Positions 26,586-26,861 of a DNA stretch of 26,861 bases are shown here, piece by piece. The position numbers and the translations under genes are program-made. Under the pieces are notes generated by a model. The model saw only the letters and a program-made list of their open reading frames with translations. It did not search any database and was not told the origin of the DNA. The stretch is from Crocosphaera chwakensis CCY0110 (lineage in GTDB: Bacteria; Cyanobacteriota; Cyanobacteriia; Cyanobacteriales; Microcystaceae). The stretch is taken from the NCBI RefSeq assembly GCF_000169335.1, contig NZ_AAXW01000058.1, positions 1 through 26,861 on the forward strand, read 5' to 3'. Numbering within the stretch: the stretch's first letter is position 1; each line of letters begins with the position of its first letter.

Positions 26586-26861
26586 ATGAAAAAAACACCG
26601 TTAACGATTAAACAGAAAATTGAAGAAAAAAGGACAGAAATTATTAAAATTGCGGCTAAATATGGTGCGGATAATATTCGTATTTTTGGTTCAGTTGCCA
26701 GAGGAGAAGAAACGGATCAAAGTGATGTAGACTTTCTTATGGATATAGAATCGGGACATAGTTTATTGCATCGTATTAGCTTAATTCAAGAATTAGAAGA
26801 TTTACTAAACTGTAAAGTCGATGTTGCTAAACCTCAAACCCTTCATGAATTGATTCGCGAA
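26586..26861 (+). CDS. MNT-type nucleotidyltransferase (HEPN/MNT antitoxin MntA-like), 3'-truncated by the window end
   Basis: The ORF is open from ATG 26586 to the window edge. Motif IFGSVARGEETDQSDVDFLMD is the Pol-beta-type GS...D.D signature. Confidence 0.8.
   Translation, partial: MKKTPLTIKQKIEEKRTEIIKIAAKYGADNIRIFGSVARGEETDQSDVDFLMDIESGHSLLHRISLIQELEDLLNCKVDVAKPQTLHELIRE

Overview
AT-rich chromosomal segment that looks cyanobacterial, based on seven perfect HIP1 octamers (GCGATCGC) and STRR-like heptanucleotide arrays at gene 3' ends. Housekeeping or ordinary genes: pyrD, a class I/II aminotransferase, selU, exbB-exbD, a PotD-like binding protein, a serpin, an ankyrin protein and a PEP-CTERM phytase-like protein. 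There are three accessory blocks. (1) 754-7152: a flotillin-like gene followed by what appears to be one large gene. That gene encodes a polytopic membrane domain, a TPR-like region, a GH19 muramidase/chitinase-like domain and a C39-like peptidase domain. It has been split by an apparently intact IS200/IS605 element (divergent tnpA/tnpB, matched LE/RE hairpins). (2) 19757-24904: a zinc-ribbon Ser/Thr kinase with about 14 WD40 repeats, then a 131-aa helical ORF and an NB-ARC/TPR STAND (NLR-like) ATPase. The two latter ORFs are joined only through a -1 frame change at a G_GGA_AAG heptamer. (3) 24929-26861: a dense toxin-antitoxin island (putative toxin/DUF2283, DUF4258/YgiT zinc finger, orphan HigA-like, MNT). 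No rRNA, tRNA or CRISPR array was recognised. All family assignments come from motif recognition by eye, not from searches.
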